This document shows, piece by piece, positions 38,451 through 49,097 of a stretch of DNA of 64,000 nucleotides; the first letter of the stretch is position 1, and every line of letters starts with the position of its first letter. The translations under genes were made by a program, and so were the position numbers. The stretch lies in the sequence record NZ_CP135254.1; one strand, given 5' to 3'. This stretch comes from a plasmid. Below the pieces are notes generated by a model, which was not told the DNA's origin, made no database searches, and saw only the letters and a list, made by a program, of their open reading frames with translations.

Positions 38451-39724
38451 TAACAGAGCCTTGCTGACGGAATGTCCGCCCATCTTGTGGTATATGCTGG
38501 CGACAGTAAATCTCGCTTCATCTGCCAGTCAGGAGCGATGCCTCGTCCCGCAAACCAGACTTTCCCAAGTCCTGAATGATTAATCCCGTCCACAACGTTC
38601 ATCAGGGCTTCGCTGTTTGCCCGGGGCTGAACATCATCAAACAGACTCAACTGAGAAACCCCCGCAGGCGTGAAATCGTTCAGCATCACGCCGGCTTTGG
38701 CATAACGGTGCTCGGGGACCCAGATGCGTCCGAGGGCTCTGACGGCAGCGGCGATGATATCCCGCGAGTCTCTGCTCGGGAACGGCAGACTCTCGCTGGC
38801 CATGTTTCCGTAGTAAGGCTCCTTCACGGCAAACGGCGACGTTTTCACAAAGACCGCGATGTGTCTGCAGTACTGCCGCTCACTGCGTAGTTTCTCCGCA
38901 GCACGCTCCGCGTACTGGCAGACAGCCTGGCGCATTGCGTCATATTCCGTGATGCGTTCACCAAAACTCCGGCTGCAGACTATCTGCTGTTTTGGCGGAG
39001 GCGCTTCTTCCAGCGAAATACAGCTTTCTCCGTTGAGTTCCCGGACGGTTCTCTCCAGCACCACGTTGAAATTCTTCCTGATGAATGCTGGATTCGCGCG
39101 CGCCAGCTGCAGTGCTGTGGTGATCCCCATTGTGTTCAGCTTCTTCGAGATCCGGCGCCCAACACCCCATATTTCTTCCACCGGCTGCAGTGAAAGCAGT
39201 TTCTCTGTCCGGCGGGGATTATCCGGGGTCAAAGCCAGTACGCCGCCAAACTGCGGCCACTCTTTGGAAGCCCACTGGGCTGATTTTGCCAGCGTTTTGC
39301 TGGGTCCCATACCGACGCCGATGGTCAGCGCGGTGTGGCGGTGCACATACTCTCGCAACTGGCGCCCAAAATCCTCAAAATCCACGCAGTTGTCGATGCC
39401 GGCGACGTCGAGGAACATCTCATCGATACTGTACTGCTCCACGCGCGGCGCCAGCGCCTCAAGGCAACGCATGACCCGTTCTGACATACTGTGGTACAGC
39501 GAATAATTGCTGGAGAACACGGCCACGTTATGCTTTTCCGCCAGTCCCTTCACCTTAAACCAGGGGGCGCCCATCGGAATACCGATGGCGCGGGCTTCGC
39601 GGCTGCGTGCGATTACGCAGCCGTCATTGTTGCTGAGGACTATCACCGGCCTGTCGCGCAGGTCCGGGCGAAAGACCTTCTCGCAGCTGGCATAGAAGCT
39701 GTTGACGTCAGCCAGGGCAAACAT
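38450..39724 (-). CDS. impB: Error-prone DNA polymerase V catalytic subunit (UmuC/ImpB/MucB family)
   Basis: 424 aa with MFALADVNSFYASCEKVFRPDLR, a typical UmuC-family N-terminus. Confidence 0.85.
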   Translation of the reverse strand: MFALADVNSFYASCEKVFRPDLRDRPVIVLSNNDGCVIARSREARAIGIPMGAPWFKVKGLAEKHNVAVFSSNYSLYHSMSERVMRCLEALAPRVEQYSIDEMFLDVAGIDNCVDFEDFGRQLREYVHRHTALTIGVGMGPSKTLAKSAQWASKEWPQFGGVLALTPDNPRRTEKLLSLQPVEEIWGVGRRISKKLNTMGITTALQLARANPAFIRKNFNVVLERTVRELNGESCISLEEAPPPKQQIVCSRSFGERITEYDAMRQAVCQYAERAAEKLRSERQYCRHIAVFVKTSPFAVKEPYYGNMASESLPFPSRDSRDIIAAAVRALGRIWVPEHRYAKAGVMLNDFTPAGVSQLSLFDDVQPRANSEALMNVVDGINHSGLGKVWFAGRGIAPDWQMKRDLLSPAYTTRWADIPSARLC

Positions 39725-39735
39725 ACCGGTACTCC

Positions 39736-40197
39736 TTACAGGCGGGCGCGGGTACGATGAATGAAGTGCATCACCACGCCGAACAGCGTGAGTTCTTCCG
39801 GCCAGAGCGTCGGATAAGCCGGATTCATCGGCTCCAGGGCAGGGCGGGGATGCAGACGCAGCCGCTTTACCGTAAACCCGCCGTCCACTTCCGCAATCAC
39901 CACATCGCCGTCCACGGCGGTCTCCGACCGGTCCACGACCAGAATGTCGCCGTCATACAGACCGAGGTCTTTCATACTCTCTCCGCTGGCGCGCAGGAAA
40001 TAAGTGGCTGCCGGATGGCGGATACACAGGCTGTTTAAATCCAGCTCCTGCTCAACATAATCCCCGGCAGGGCTCGGAAAACCCGCCGCACAGGCATCCG
40101 CAAACAGGGGCAGCTGCAGGGAAGATGGCGTGGCCGGAAGAGTGAACACCGCCTCCGGGTCAAACAGGGGCTCCCTGCGACTCATTCCGGCAGCCAT
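39736..40197 (-). CDS. impA: UmuD/ImpA-like LexA-type self-cleaving protein
   Basis: Contains the S24 peptidase motif GESMKDLGLYDGDILVVDR. Confidence 0.8.
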   Translation of the reverse strand: MAAGMSRREPLFDPEAVFTLPATPSSLQLPLFADACAAGFPSPAGDYVEQELDLNSLCIRHPAATYFLRASGESMKDLGLYDGDILVVDRSETAVDGDVVIAEVDGGFTVKRLRLHPRPALEPMNPAYPTLWPEELTLFGVVMHFIHRTRARL

Positions 40198-40427
40198 GTG
40201 TCGTCCTGCCAGATGGCTTCAAGTGTGTTCATGATGTCCGACTTTTCCTTGTCGCTGCGCGCGCCGCTGACATCCAGCGCGGTCTGCGAACTTTTTCCGA
40301 TGTTCAGCCAGAGTTGAGGGTATCGTGGGGTGAGGCGGCGCTCAATTTCCTGCTGCAGTGCGGCAAAGGTGCCGCTGCGCATGGCCTTCACCTGCTCCGG
40401 GGAAAAACGGACGGAAATCTGCAACAT
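40182..40427 (-). CDS. impC: ImpC (DinI-like) small SOS protein
   Basis: 81 aa, collinear with ImpC of impCAB (…LTPRYPQLWLNI…GARSDKEK…LEAIWQDDTWLP). Confidence 0.7.
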   Translation of the reverse strand: MLQISVRFSPEQVKAMRSGTFAALQQEIERRLTPRYPQLWLNIGKSSQTALDVSGARSDKEKSDIMNTLEAIWQDDTWLPE

Positions 40428-40441
40428 GGCGCACCTCTTTA

Positions 40442-40457
40442 CTGTATGGATGTACAG
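40442..40457. promoter_or_regulatory. LexA box (CTGT-N8-ACAG) in the imp operon promoter
   Basis: CTGTATGGATGTACAG, about 15 bp upstream of the impC start. Confidence 0.55.
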
Positions 40458-40630
40458 TTATTATTTTCCCGGTTGTCAGAATTTGCAAGCCTCTTTATGC
40501 CGTTCCGGGCTAAAACATTGCTGTGGTTGCGAAAAAATGAGTGACCTGAAAAAACGTATATCGGGGCTACACAGGTAGCGGTATCCTGTAATATACAGAT
40601 AACCAATGAATTTTTATCCAGGAGGTCTTT

Positions 40631-40861
40631 ATGTCCCCCGTCTTCAGAAATGCTCTCCGCTTTGCCGGCGTACCCGTCGACAGCAGCGAACCGGTACGCA
40701 GACAGTACGGCAGCCGCATGATTGGTATCGTGACGGTATGCCTGCTCCCGCTCCTGGTGTTCGACGTCCCGCTGTGGGTTTTCGTGCTCTCCCAGGTTAT
40801 CTGGGGCGCGGGCGTGTATATCGGCCTCTCCGTGGCCGGAGATAAATCCCGGAACCGCTGA
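40631..40861 (+). CDS. Small hydrophobic protein (76 aa)
   Basis: An RBS aggagg precedes the ATG. Two predicted TM segments. Confidence 0.3.
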   Translation: MSPVFRNALRFAGVPVDSSEPVRRQYGSRMIGIVTVCLLPLLVFDVPLWVFVLSQVIWGAGVYIGLSVAGDKSRNR

Positions 40862-41295
40862 TGCTTTGTCGCTGATTGTATAAAAAAAACACAGGCGTGA
40901 TGACGCCTGTCCCACCGCGCTTCTCCGCTGTCTGCCTTCAGGTTATCCACAATCTTAAACCCCGTGTTTGTGGACAGGTATGCCGATACTCCTCTTTCCC
41001 TGATGTCGCTGAAGGCCTGCCACCCGCTGCCAGTGTCTCGCGTCCGGTCGGGTACGGGACGGGCGGCTTTTCCGCTCAGGCCCGGCGTCGTTGAGAGTGT
41101 ACGCCAGTCCCTCGCCCTTTTAAGGAACGCCCTTCAAGCCGCTTTCGCGGCATATCCTTGCCGTCGAAAAGACTGACGGCTGCGGTATTCCACGGTCGGC
41201 CTGACCCGTGACCGGACGCGATGAACAGGCAGCGTGCGGCAGGGAACGGTATCGCGGTGATGCCTCCTGCCCCCTCTGACTACAGGAGTGCTGTC

Positions 41296-41892
41296 ATGTC
41301 CAGATTCATTCTCGGGAACTGTATTGATGTGATGCGCGGATTCCCCGACCGTGCCGTGGACCTTATCGTGACTGACCCACCTTATTTAGTAGGGTTTAAG
41401 GACCGTTCCGGGCGCAGTATTGCCGGCGATAAAACCGATGAATGGCTGGCGCCTGCCACCCTTGAGATGTACCGCGTGCTGAAAAAAGACGCGCTGATGG
41501 TCAGTTTCTACGGCTGGAACCGGGTGGACCGCTTTATGGCCGCGTGGAAGGCGGCGGGGTTCTATGCCGTGGGCCAGCTTGTGTTCACCAAAACCTATGC
41601 TTCCAACCGCCGTAATGCGAAAGACCGTCGCGGATTCGTGGACTACCGCCATGAAGGGGCTTATGTCCTTGCCAAAGGCCGCCCGGTGCCGCCCCTCAGA
41701 CCGCTGCCGGATGTGATGCCTTTTCCGTATACCGGCAACCCACTGCACCCGAACCAGAAACCGGTGGAGGCGCTACAGCCGCTGATTGAGTCATTCAGCG
41801 CCCCGGGCGCGATTGTCCTCGACCCGTTCGCAGGGAGTGCCTCGACCTGCGTCGCCGCATACCGCGCCGGACGCCGCTATATGGGGTCGGTT
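41296..41892 (+). CDS. Orphan N6-adenine (DPPY-motif) DNA methyltransferase, with its 3' end replaced by the Tn3-family IR
   Basis: MSRFILGNCIDVMRGFPDRAVDLIVTDPPY...; RBS caggag. The reading frame runs into the transposon IR, giving an altered or truncated C-terminus. Confidence 0.6.
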
Positions 41893-41915
41893 CCGGCTGA
41901 GGGCGAAATGACACC

Positions 41916-44813
41916 CTAAGCTTTCGGTTCCTTGGGCCAAAGATATTCGCCAGTCAGTAGAATGTGCGCCCAGCCCAATGGGGATATGTGGGGAAGAAAT
42001 TCAGGGGGAACATCCAACCCTTCGTTCCGCCGCTCCGTGACGGCATGACCAAGATGGACGGTATTCCAGTAAATGATCACCGCAGTCAATAAATTGAGCC
42101 CAGCGATTCGGTAGTGCTGCCCCTCTGTCGTGCGATCGCGAATTTCCCCCTGCCTCCCGATACGGAGCGCATTTTTGAGCGCATGGTGGGCCTCTCCCTT
42201 GTTAAGACCGATCTGAGCACGCCGCTGCATGTCCGTATCCAGGATCCACTCAATAATGAAAAGGGTCCGTTCAATACGACCAACTTCACGAAGCGCAACT
42301 GCAAGGTTGTTTTGTCGTGGGTAAGAAGCGAGCTTGCGCAGGAGTTGGCTGGGCCTGATTTTGCCAGCGGTCATCGTCGCGGCACAACGGAAAATATCAG
42401 GCCAGTTCGCAACGATAAGATCCTCCCGGGCTTTTCCACCTACCAACTTGCGTAACTCCCTGGGGGTCGTATCGGGATTAAATACGTACAACCGCTTCGA
42501 TGGCAGATCCCTGATTCGCAGAACGAGATTGTAGCCGAGCAGGCTACTGGCTCCGAACAAATGGTCGGTGAATCCTGCTGTATCGGCATACTGTTCGCGA
42601 ACATGGCGACCGACCTCGTTCATCAGTAGTCCATCGAGAATATACGGTGCCTCGCTCACGGTCGCCGGGATCGACTGACAAGCGAATGGCGCGAACTGGT
42701 CGCTTACGTGAGTATACGCTTTGAGGCCGGGAACAGAACCATATTTGGCATTGACCATGTTCATGGCTTCGCCATGCCGCGCTGTCGGGAAAAACTGACC
42801 ATCGCTCGATGCTGACGTGCCCATCCCCCAGACGCGTGACATCGGCAGTTTACCCTGCGCGGCCACCACAATTGCCAATGCCTGGTTCATGGCTTCGCTT
42901 TCAACATGCCAGCGGGCAAGGCGTGAGAGCTGCCAGTAATCATGCGTGTTTGTAGCTTCCGCCATCTTACGCAGGCCCAGATTGAGCCCTTCAGCGAGCA
43001 GGACGTTGAGCAGACCGATCCGGTCGCGACATGGAGCCCCGGTTCTCAGATGGGTAAACGCATCTGTGAAACCAAGGGCTGCATCAACTTCAAGCAGCAT
43101 GTCGGTAATCCGAACGGACGGCATTCGGCGATACAGATCCAGTATGAGTGCCTCGGCACCATCCGGCACGTCTGCTGTCAACCTGTCGATCCGCAACGTT
43201 CCATCTTCTATGCTACCGTGCGGAATAGTGCCGTTACGGGCAGCCCGGGCCAGCCGCTTAAGAGCGATCGTGAGTCGCGCCTTTCTGTCTGCCAGCCAAT
43301 CCTGTGGGTTGGAAGGCACGGCCAGTTTTGCATTTTCCTGCGCCGCGATCATCGGCACCAGTACCTGCTTGAGGTCACCATAGCGGCGCGAATGAGCGAG
43401 CCAGACATCTCCGGAACGAAAAGCATCCCGGAGGTGAAAGAGTACAGCCACTTCCCAAAGACGGGTATCTCCTTTTTCCTGAGCTCGTAAATGACGGTTC
43501 CATTTGGAGCTGGGCCGCAGGAAACGCCTTTCTGGCGATGCAACACCTTTCATCTCTCCGATCGACAAAGCTGCTGCTACCAATGGTCCGGCGACCGGCG
43601 CGGCTTCGAGCTTCAGACAGCGCAACATGCGGGGCGCATAACGACGAAAGCGATGGTATCCCTGCCCGACATATGCAAGAGGCTCATCGGCTAGCGTGTT
43701 GCTGAGTTGAGTCCCTGTCGCTACCAGTTGAGCGAGCCGGTCCCATGCAACCGAACTGGCGACAGCCATCTCCAGCGGGGTTCCGTCACTGCGGGCCTCA
43801 AGCAACGAAGCTCCCAGCGCGGTGAAGGTACGGATCGTATCCGTGAGTGTGGCTTTAGAGCCGGAAATTGTTTCGTCATGCTGGCGCTTCGCTTCCCGCC
43901 AGGTTTTTCCTACGATCCTGTCATGGGTTTCGACTATGGCATCAGCAATCGCCGCTTCCCACTCCACAACACAGACGGCAAGGATCGCCCAGCGGCGGTC
44001 CGAAGTGATGTCACGCAAACCGTCGGTGAAGTAGCGTTCACCCTGCCGACGCAGCCGGGCAATGCGATGGGCAGGTATGCTGGCCAAAGCACTATGATTG
44101 ATATTCAGGGTACGCAGAAATTCGAGCCTGTCGAGCAAACGGTTAGCAGCAGCCGAGTTGTTACCAACCTCGAAGTTGCGAAGCCAGATGAAACGACTGA
44201 TATTGCCGGCGAGCATTTCACTCAGAAGTTTGTCCAGGTGATCGCGAACATCCGCTGTTAAATTTTCCGCAATCCGCGTTTCAATCCGCCGCTCAGCGGC
44301 GACCAGAGCATCCGCGCACAAGCGCTCGATTGTCGATACTGCGGGCAGAATGGTGGAAGTTTCCCGACACCGCACAATAAAACGATGAGCAAGATCCTCG
44401 TTTGATCTGGCATCTTCGGCCTGGCCGAAAGTCCACTCCCGCAGATCACGGGCACCACGGCCCGTGAAGGTCTTGTAGCCGTAAATTTCGCGCAGCGTGT
44501 CCATGTGCTGCTGACGGGTTTGGCGCCGTGTGGCATAAGTGAGAAGCGCATCAGCCGGAACTCCAAGCTGAGCACCGACGAAGGAAAGGACTTCACGCGG
44601 GATCATCTCACCAGGAGCCAGTGCACGGCCCGGATATCGTAAGGCACAAAGTTGCAGGGCAAAGCCAATCCTGTTTTCCGGTCTGCGGCGCTGCCTAATG
44701 TTTTCCAGGTCATCATCGCCCAGCGTGTAGAACTTCAGTAGCGACAGTTCGTCCGTGGGCAGATCGAACAGCGCTGCTCGCTGCCGTTCGGTGAAAATAT
44801 GGCGTCGTGACAT
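41916..44813 (-). CDS. tnpA: Tn3-family transposase
   Basis: 965 aa, with the DDE Tn3-family architecture. Its stop lies in the IR. Confidence 0.8.
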   Translation of the reverse strand: MSRRHIFTERQRAALFDLPTDELSLLKFYTLGDDDLENIRQRRRPENRIGFALQLCALRYPGRALAPGEMIPREVLSFVGAQLGVPADALLTYATRRQTRQQHMDTLREIYGYKTFTGRGARDLREWTFGQAEDARSNEDLAHRFIVRCRETSTILPAVSTIERLCADALVAAERRIETRIAENLTADVRDHLDKLLSEMLAGNISRFIWLRNFEVGNNSAAANRLLDRLEFLRTLNINHSALASIPAHRIARLRRQGERYFTDGLRDITSDRRWAILAVCVVEWEAAIADAIVETHDRIVGKTWREAKRQHDETISGSKATLTDTIRTFTALGASLLEARSDGTPLEMAVASSVAWDRLAQLVATGTQLSNTLADEPLAYVGQGYHRFRRYAPRMLRCLKLEAAPVAGPLVAAALSIGEMKGVASPERRFLRPSSKWNRHLRAQEKGDTRLWEVAVLFHLRDAFRSGDVWLAHSRRYGDLKQVLVPMIAAQENAKLAVPSNPQDWLADRKARLTIALKRLARAARNGTIPHGSIEDGTLRIDRLTADVPDGAEALILDLYRRMPSVRITDMLLEVDAALGFTDAFTHLRTGAPCRDRIGLLNVLLAEGLNLGLRKMAEATNTHDYWQLSRLARWHVESEAMNQALAIVVAAQGKLPMSRVWGMGTSASSDGQFFPTARHGEAMNMVNAKYGSVPGLKAYTHVSDQFAPFACQSIPATVSEAPYILDGLLMNEVGRHVREQYADTAGFTDHLFGASSLLGYNLVLRIRDLPSKRLYVFNPDTTPRELRKLVGGKAREDLIVANWPDIFRCAATMTAGKIRPSQLLRKLASYPRQNNLAVALREVGRIERTLFIIEWILDTDMQRRAQIGLNKGEAHHALKNALRIGRQGEIRDRTTEGQHYRIAGLNLLTAVIIYWNTVHLGHAVTERRNEGLDVPPEFLPHISPLGWAHILLTGEYLWPKEPKA

Positions 44814-44907
44814 ACAAATTCGTCCCTTTTGAAGTATAGTCTGTTTTGGACAACAGCCAGCCCATATAAATCAGGGCGTTCCGATACAAAAATCCAGGAG
44901 GGTTCAA

Positions 44908-45513
44908 TTGGGACATCGTGCCGCCATTTACTGCCGGGTTTCAACAGCGGATCAGTCTTGTGAACGCCAGGAATTTGATCTGCGAGCCTTCGCCGGCCGT
45001 GCCGGCTACGACGTGGTGGGAATATTTAAGGAAACAGGTTCAGGAACTAAACTCGACCGGGCCGAGCGAAAGAAAGTCCTGGCGCTTGCCCAGTCCAGAC
45101 AAATTGATGCAATCCTGGTCACTGAGCTTTCCCGGTGGGGGCGCTCGACGCTCGATCTGCTCAATACGCTACGTGAACTGGAGAACTGGAAGGTTTCCGT
45201 GATAGCCATGAATGGAATGGCGTTCGATCTTTCGTCGCCGTATGGACGAATGCTGGCGACGTTTCTTTCCGGCATTGCGGAGTTTGAGCGGGATCTCATC
45301 AGCGAGCGGGTCAAGTCAGGCCTTGCTGTTGCGAAGGCACGTGGTAAGAGGCTTGGTCGTCAGGCCGGAGTGCGACCAAAATCAGACCGACTTTTGCCTA
45401 AGGTGGTTGCGATGAGGGCCGAGGGACGCAGCTATCGCTGGATCGCACGCGAGCTCGGTATCAGCAAGAATACCGTCGCTGACATCGTGCAACGACACAG
45501 AGCTAACGCTTAG
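44908..45513 (+). CDS. tnpR: Serine resolvase of the Tn3-family element
   Basis: MGHRAAIYCRVSTADQ...; 201 aa. It ends inside the right IR. Confidence 0.75.
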   Translation: MGHRAAIYCRVSTADQSCERQEFDLRAFAGRAGYDVVGIFKETGSGTKLDRAERKKVLALAQSRQIDAILVTELSRWGRSTLDLLNTLRELENWKVSVIAMNGMAFDLSSPYGRMLATFLSGIAEFERDLISERVKSGLAVAKARGKRLGRQAGVRPKSDRLLPKVVAMRAEGRSYRWIARELGISKNTVADIVQRHRANA

Positions 45514-46172
45514 GGTGTCATTTCGCCCTCAGCCGGAACCGACCCCGGCCATAACCGGGTGAACCCGTCGGTCCGCGGAATGGCCGCCGCGTAAAAGATC
45601 TCACAGCATCCGGCAAGCAATAAATATATCCAGCCCAAAACTTCTGGCCTCAGTGTTAACGAAATGCGCCATTTTGACCTGTGGTATGTCTTTTCTGACA
45701 GCCATTCGTCACCGGCATGGACGGATAATTATCCATCAGCTGCTGTTCAGGCTTTTCAGGATAATGCGGCTCAGAGCAGCATCTGTCTGCAAACGGTGTC
45801 CTGTGTAATCATTTTCCATCACTACCCGTGTCAGTTTACGTTGCCAGCTCTTACTGACAGATACTATTTACTGACACGCGGCGGATAGTAAATTTCAGCC
45901 ATGTTCTGGAAACAGACTGAGCAAATTTCTCAGAATGGAAACGCACCCTAGCCCCGCCAAGGCTTCGCTTTACGATAATTTACCTGAAGGCGGCCATTTA
46001 CCTGACGGTGCATGATAAAATGTAACCACAGACCGACCGAATTTAACTTATTAATTTAATTATCTAAATTTCTTACATCAGTCAATCAGGCTGTGCATTG
46101 CATTTTTGGAGTGCACAGTCTCTGGGTTGCCTGATTCACAATTCGTAAGTCAACATCTCAGGGGGAGATTAA

Positions 46173-47354
46173 GTGACAGAAAACCCAATCGGATTAACCA
46201 GAAAAGTTATCAAGCCCGTTTCTAATTTTTTCAGTTCACCTGTAGCGGGCGGTATTGTGCTTATTATTGCTTCGGCAGCCGCTATCATCGTGGCCAATTC
46301 GCCCCTCAGGGAAGGTTATGAAACACTCCTGAAATACAAAACAGCAGGCCTGTCCGTTGAGCACTGGATAAACGATGCCCTGATGGCCGTATTCTTTATG
46401 ATGGTCGGGCTGGAAATCAAGCGTGAGCTTGTCACCGGCCAGTTAGCCACCTGGAGCCAGCGTGCGTTGCCGGGCTTTGCCGCACTGGGTGGTCTGGCCG
46501 TACCTGCCCTGATTTACGTGGGGTTTAATGCCGGTCATGACGAAACCCTTTCCGGCTGGGCCATCCCGGCGGCCACGGATATTGCTTTTGCGCTCGGTGT
46601 ACTCGCCTTACTGGGCAGTCGTGTGCCAGTCTCGCTAAAAATTTTCCTGTCGGCGCTGGCTATTCTGGATGACATGGGGGCGGTGGCTATCATCGCGCTC
46701 TTCTATACCAGCAACATTTCGCTTCTGATGCTGGGTGGTGCAGCGGCAATGGTTGCTCTGCTGTTTAGCCTGAACCGTGCCGGCGTGACGCGCCTGCTGC
46801 CCTATCTGCTGACGGGGGGAGTACTGTGGTTTTTCATGCTTCAGTCAGGCGTGCATGCCACCGTCGCGGGTATCCTGCTGGCGTTCTTTATCCCGCTGCG
46901 AACCAGGAATGCGGCTGATGAAGTGCCTCTGGACAGGCTTGAGCATGCCATCAACCCCTGGGTCACGTTTATGATACTGCCGCTGTTTGGCTTCGCCAAT
47001 GCGGGCGTCGCGTTGTCGGGCATGACGATGAATGACCTGTTGTCGCCGGTTCCGGTAGGCGTGGCGCTGGGCCTGTTTTTGGGTAAACAGGCAGGTATCT
47101 TTGGCCTGTCGCTACTGGCCGTCAGCCTGGGCCTGGCGAAACGACCAGAGAAAAGTACCTGGTTACAGGTTTATGGTGTCTCGGTACTGTGTGGGATTGG
47201 TTTTACCATGAGCCTGTTTATCGGCAATCTGGCCTTTACAGGCAGCCCTCTGCTCGTTGATGAGGTCAAGGTGGGGGTTCTGGCAGGGTCCATACTGGCC
47301 GCTCTGGCCGGTATTTTGATACTGCGCTTTGCGCCTTCTAAGCAAGTCAGGTAA
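46173..47354 (+). CDS. nhaA: Na+/H+ antiporter NhaA
   Basis: 393-aa polytopic membrane protein with the NhaA-family pattern ([14 protein letters not shown]..., ...[15 protein letters not shown]..., [12 protein letters not shown]). Confidence 0.8.
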   Translation: MTENPIGLTRKVIKPVSNFFSSPVAGGIVLIIASAAAIIVANSPLREGYETLLKYKTAGLSVEHWINDALMAVFFMMVGLEIKRELVTGQLATWSQRALPGFAALGGLAVPALIYVGFNAGHDETLSGWAIPAATDIAFALGVLALLGSRVPVSLKIFLSALAILDDMGAVAIIALFYTSNISLLMLGGAAAMVALLFSLNRAGVTRLLPYLLTGGVLWFFMLQSGVHATVAGILLAFFIPLRTRNAADEVPLDRLEHAINPWVTFMILPLFGFANAGVALSGMTMNDLLSPVPVGVALGLFLGKQAGIFGLSLLAVSLGLAKRPEKSTWLQVYGVSVLCGIGFTMSLFIGNLAFTGSPLLVDEVKVGVLAGSILAALAGILILRFAPSKQVR

Positions 47355-47374
47355 CGTATTATCTACAGGAAAAT

Positions 47375-47397
47375 CCCCGTGATAACGGGGGTTTTTT
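47375..47397 (+). terminator. Rho-independent terminator after nhaA
   Basis: ccccgtgataacgggg followed by a T run. Confidence 0.55.
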
Positions 47398-47614
47398 CAC
47401 ACTGTCAGTGTATATTCTGAAGAGAAAATTGAAATTATTTAATTTTATTATAAATAATTACCTTTCTATCTTTCACATTTTACAGGCGGAGCCCTGTTCA
47501 GATAAGTCAGGATGAACGCTGGCATATCAGTTAAAATATTATGTTATTCAAATAAATAGTCGGCTAACGTGGTTTTTTACACGACTGGCCCTCTAACCCC
47601 GCTACTGAATACTG

Positions 47615-47636
47615 ACCGCCAAAAGGCGGTTTTTTT
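47615..47636 (+). terminator. Second terminator-like hairpin
   Basis: accgccaaaaggcggt followed by a T run. Confidence 0.45.
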
Positions 47637-47780
47637 GTTCAAAGAAACTGATCTCAGTATCGCGCCCGGGGCAGCTGGCCAACGTCGCCGGCATCGCGCC
47701 GGCAAAAATCGAAAAACAGAAATATCAGCAAGATAGCTTAAACAGGTGTCGGGAAATTTCGTTGAGATATTTTGAAGGAA

Positions 47781-48095
47781 TCACAGTGTAAGCAGGCGCT
47801 TTTTCAGGGAGGCGCGTTCTTGCGGGTTGCGTCCCTTGTGATTGGCGATGCGATCCGCCGTGGCGGCCTGGCGCTTGACGGGCCAGTAGGAGCGGCCATC
47901 CTTGCCCATCGACCAGACGCTGCTGGCCTGGTTTTCCAGCAGGGGCAGATGGGCGCTCAGGGCTTCGGGCGACGCGCTGGTCAGCGCCGTGCGCTCACGG
48001 GTGCGCCAGCGCTGATGCCAGAGCTTCTTGTCCTCGCGCTCGCTGCCGCAGGTCGTGTGCCCGACGATGGGTGTTTTGCGGCGGCTGCGGCTCAT
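47781..48095 (-). CDS. Hypothetical 104-aa basic protein
   Basis: ORF in the GC-rich transposon cargo (MSRSRRKTPIVGHTTCGSE...). Confidence 0.3.
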   Translation of the reverse strand: MSRSRRKTPIVGHTTCGSEREDKKLWHQRWRTRERTALTSASPEALSAHLPLLENQASSVWSMGKDGRSYWPVKRQAATADRIANHKGRNPQERASLKKRLLTL

Positions 48096-48349
48096 AACGT
48101 AGTGGTCTCCAAGAACATTCAGGACTGATCCCAGGCGTCGATGGTCAAGACCTGATCGGCAGGACAGGCGGCTACGCGGTCGGGAACTGGATGGTGTTCA
48201 GTCTCATGCCGACCCCATTCGATTGATCGCGTCGCTTGCGGCACGCTGCGACGCAAGGAGGTTTGCGACCTGGTTTAGCAGCCGTGTCCGCTGCATGTCT
48301 GTTACCTATCTCCCCGACCGCTCATTGGACCAACTCCAGAGATTGGGCT

Positions 48350-48706
48350 CTATCGCTCAGCCAATACGAAACCGGCATTGGCTGATGCCACAACCGAGAC
48401 TAACACAAATGGCTCGGTACCTGTATTTCGCGCCCCGTGCACTTGGCCCGGTCTTGCCACGGCTATCTCACCTTCCCTGAGGGCACGAACAATCCCATTG
48501 CCCTGAAAGTAATCAGCCATTCCCGACAAAACAGTCCACGTGTCTTGGCCGTGAGGATGAATGTGAGCCGCAATTTCCTGCCCGGGATGGACATGCCAAA
48601 CCACGATAATTGAGTCTCGGGTTTCAAGCACAACGGAACGAATAGGCTCGCCTTCGGACGGCTGAACATACTCGGCTACAGAAAATATTCTCGATTCAAC
48701 AGTCAT
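48350..48706 (-). CDS. Cupin-domain protein (about 118 aa; an alternative start at 48745 is possible)
   Basis: Two-His cupin motifs (HVHPGQEIAAHIHPHGQDTW...GQVHGARN). Confidence 0.45.
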   Translation of the reverse strand: MTVESRIFSVAEYVQPSEGEPIRSVVLETRDSIIVVWHVHPGQEIAAHIHPHGQDTWTVLSGMADYFQGNGIVRALREGEIAVARPGQVHGARNTGTEPFVLVSVVASANAGFVLAER

Positions 48707-49097
48707 CGGAGATCCCTCTTTCACAGTTGTCGTTACGGTCTTCATCGTCGGCATCCTGACGCACGGCGGGCAATTGCTGGAGCAACGCCGGCAGCCATTC
48801 CTGTACCGTCTCCCACACCACATCGAGGTTGATGTCGAAATAGCCGTGAGCCATGCGATTACGCATATTGCGCATGCTGCGCCACGGCACGTCGGCATGC
48901 GCCTGGGTGAACTCGACGTAGCCATCCATCACCTTTGTGGCCGCCTCGCCGATGACGATCAGGCTCATGATGACGGCCTGCTGGGTGCGCTTGTCGGCCA
49001 AGAAGTCGTCCTTGGCCATCCCTTCCACGAAGCTGCGCGCATCGGTTGCGGCCTGCTGAATGTGGTCGAGGTAATCGGGCAGGCGGTTCTCGCTCAT
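48696..49097 (-). CDS. hepT: HepT-like (DUF86, HEPN-family) toxin
   Basis: 133 aa ending in the HEPN Rx4-6H motif region (RNRMAHGY). It overlaps the upstream MNT gene by 4 bp. Confidence 0.6.
   Translation of the reverse strand: MSENRLPDYLDHIQQAATDARSFVEGMAKDDFLADKRTQQAVIMSLIVIGEAATKVMDGYVEFTQAHADVPWRSMRNMRNRMAHGYFDINLDVVWETVQEWLPALLQQLPAVRQDADDEDRNDNCERGISDDC

Larger units (their letters stand above)
41893..45546. mobile_element. Cryptic Tn3-family element (tnpA plus tnpR only, about 3.65 kb) with perfect 38-bp IRs GGGGTCGGTTCCGGCTGAGGGCGAAATGACACCCTAAG
   Basis: IRs at 41893-41930 and 45509-45546 in inverted orientation. The flanking 5 bp differ (tatat and ggcca), so there is no target duplication. 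Confidence 0.7.

Noticed and set aside
40560-40600. Second LexA box candidate (cctgtaatatacagat) upstream of the 76-aa ORF
   Set aside because: The spacing between CTGT and the next CAG is six nucleotides, not eight, and the distal half-site is not ACAG. It does not fit the consensus.
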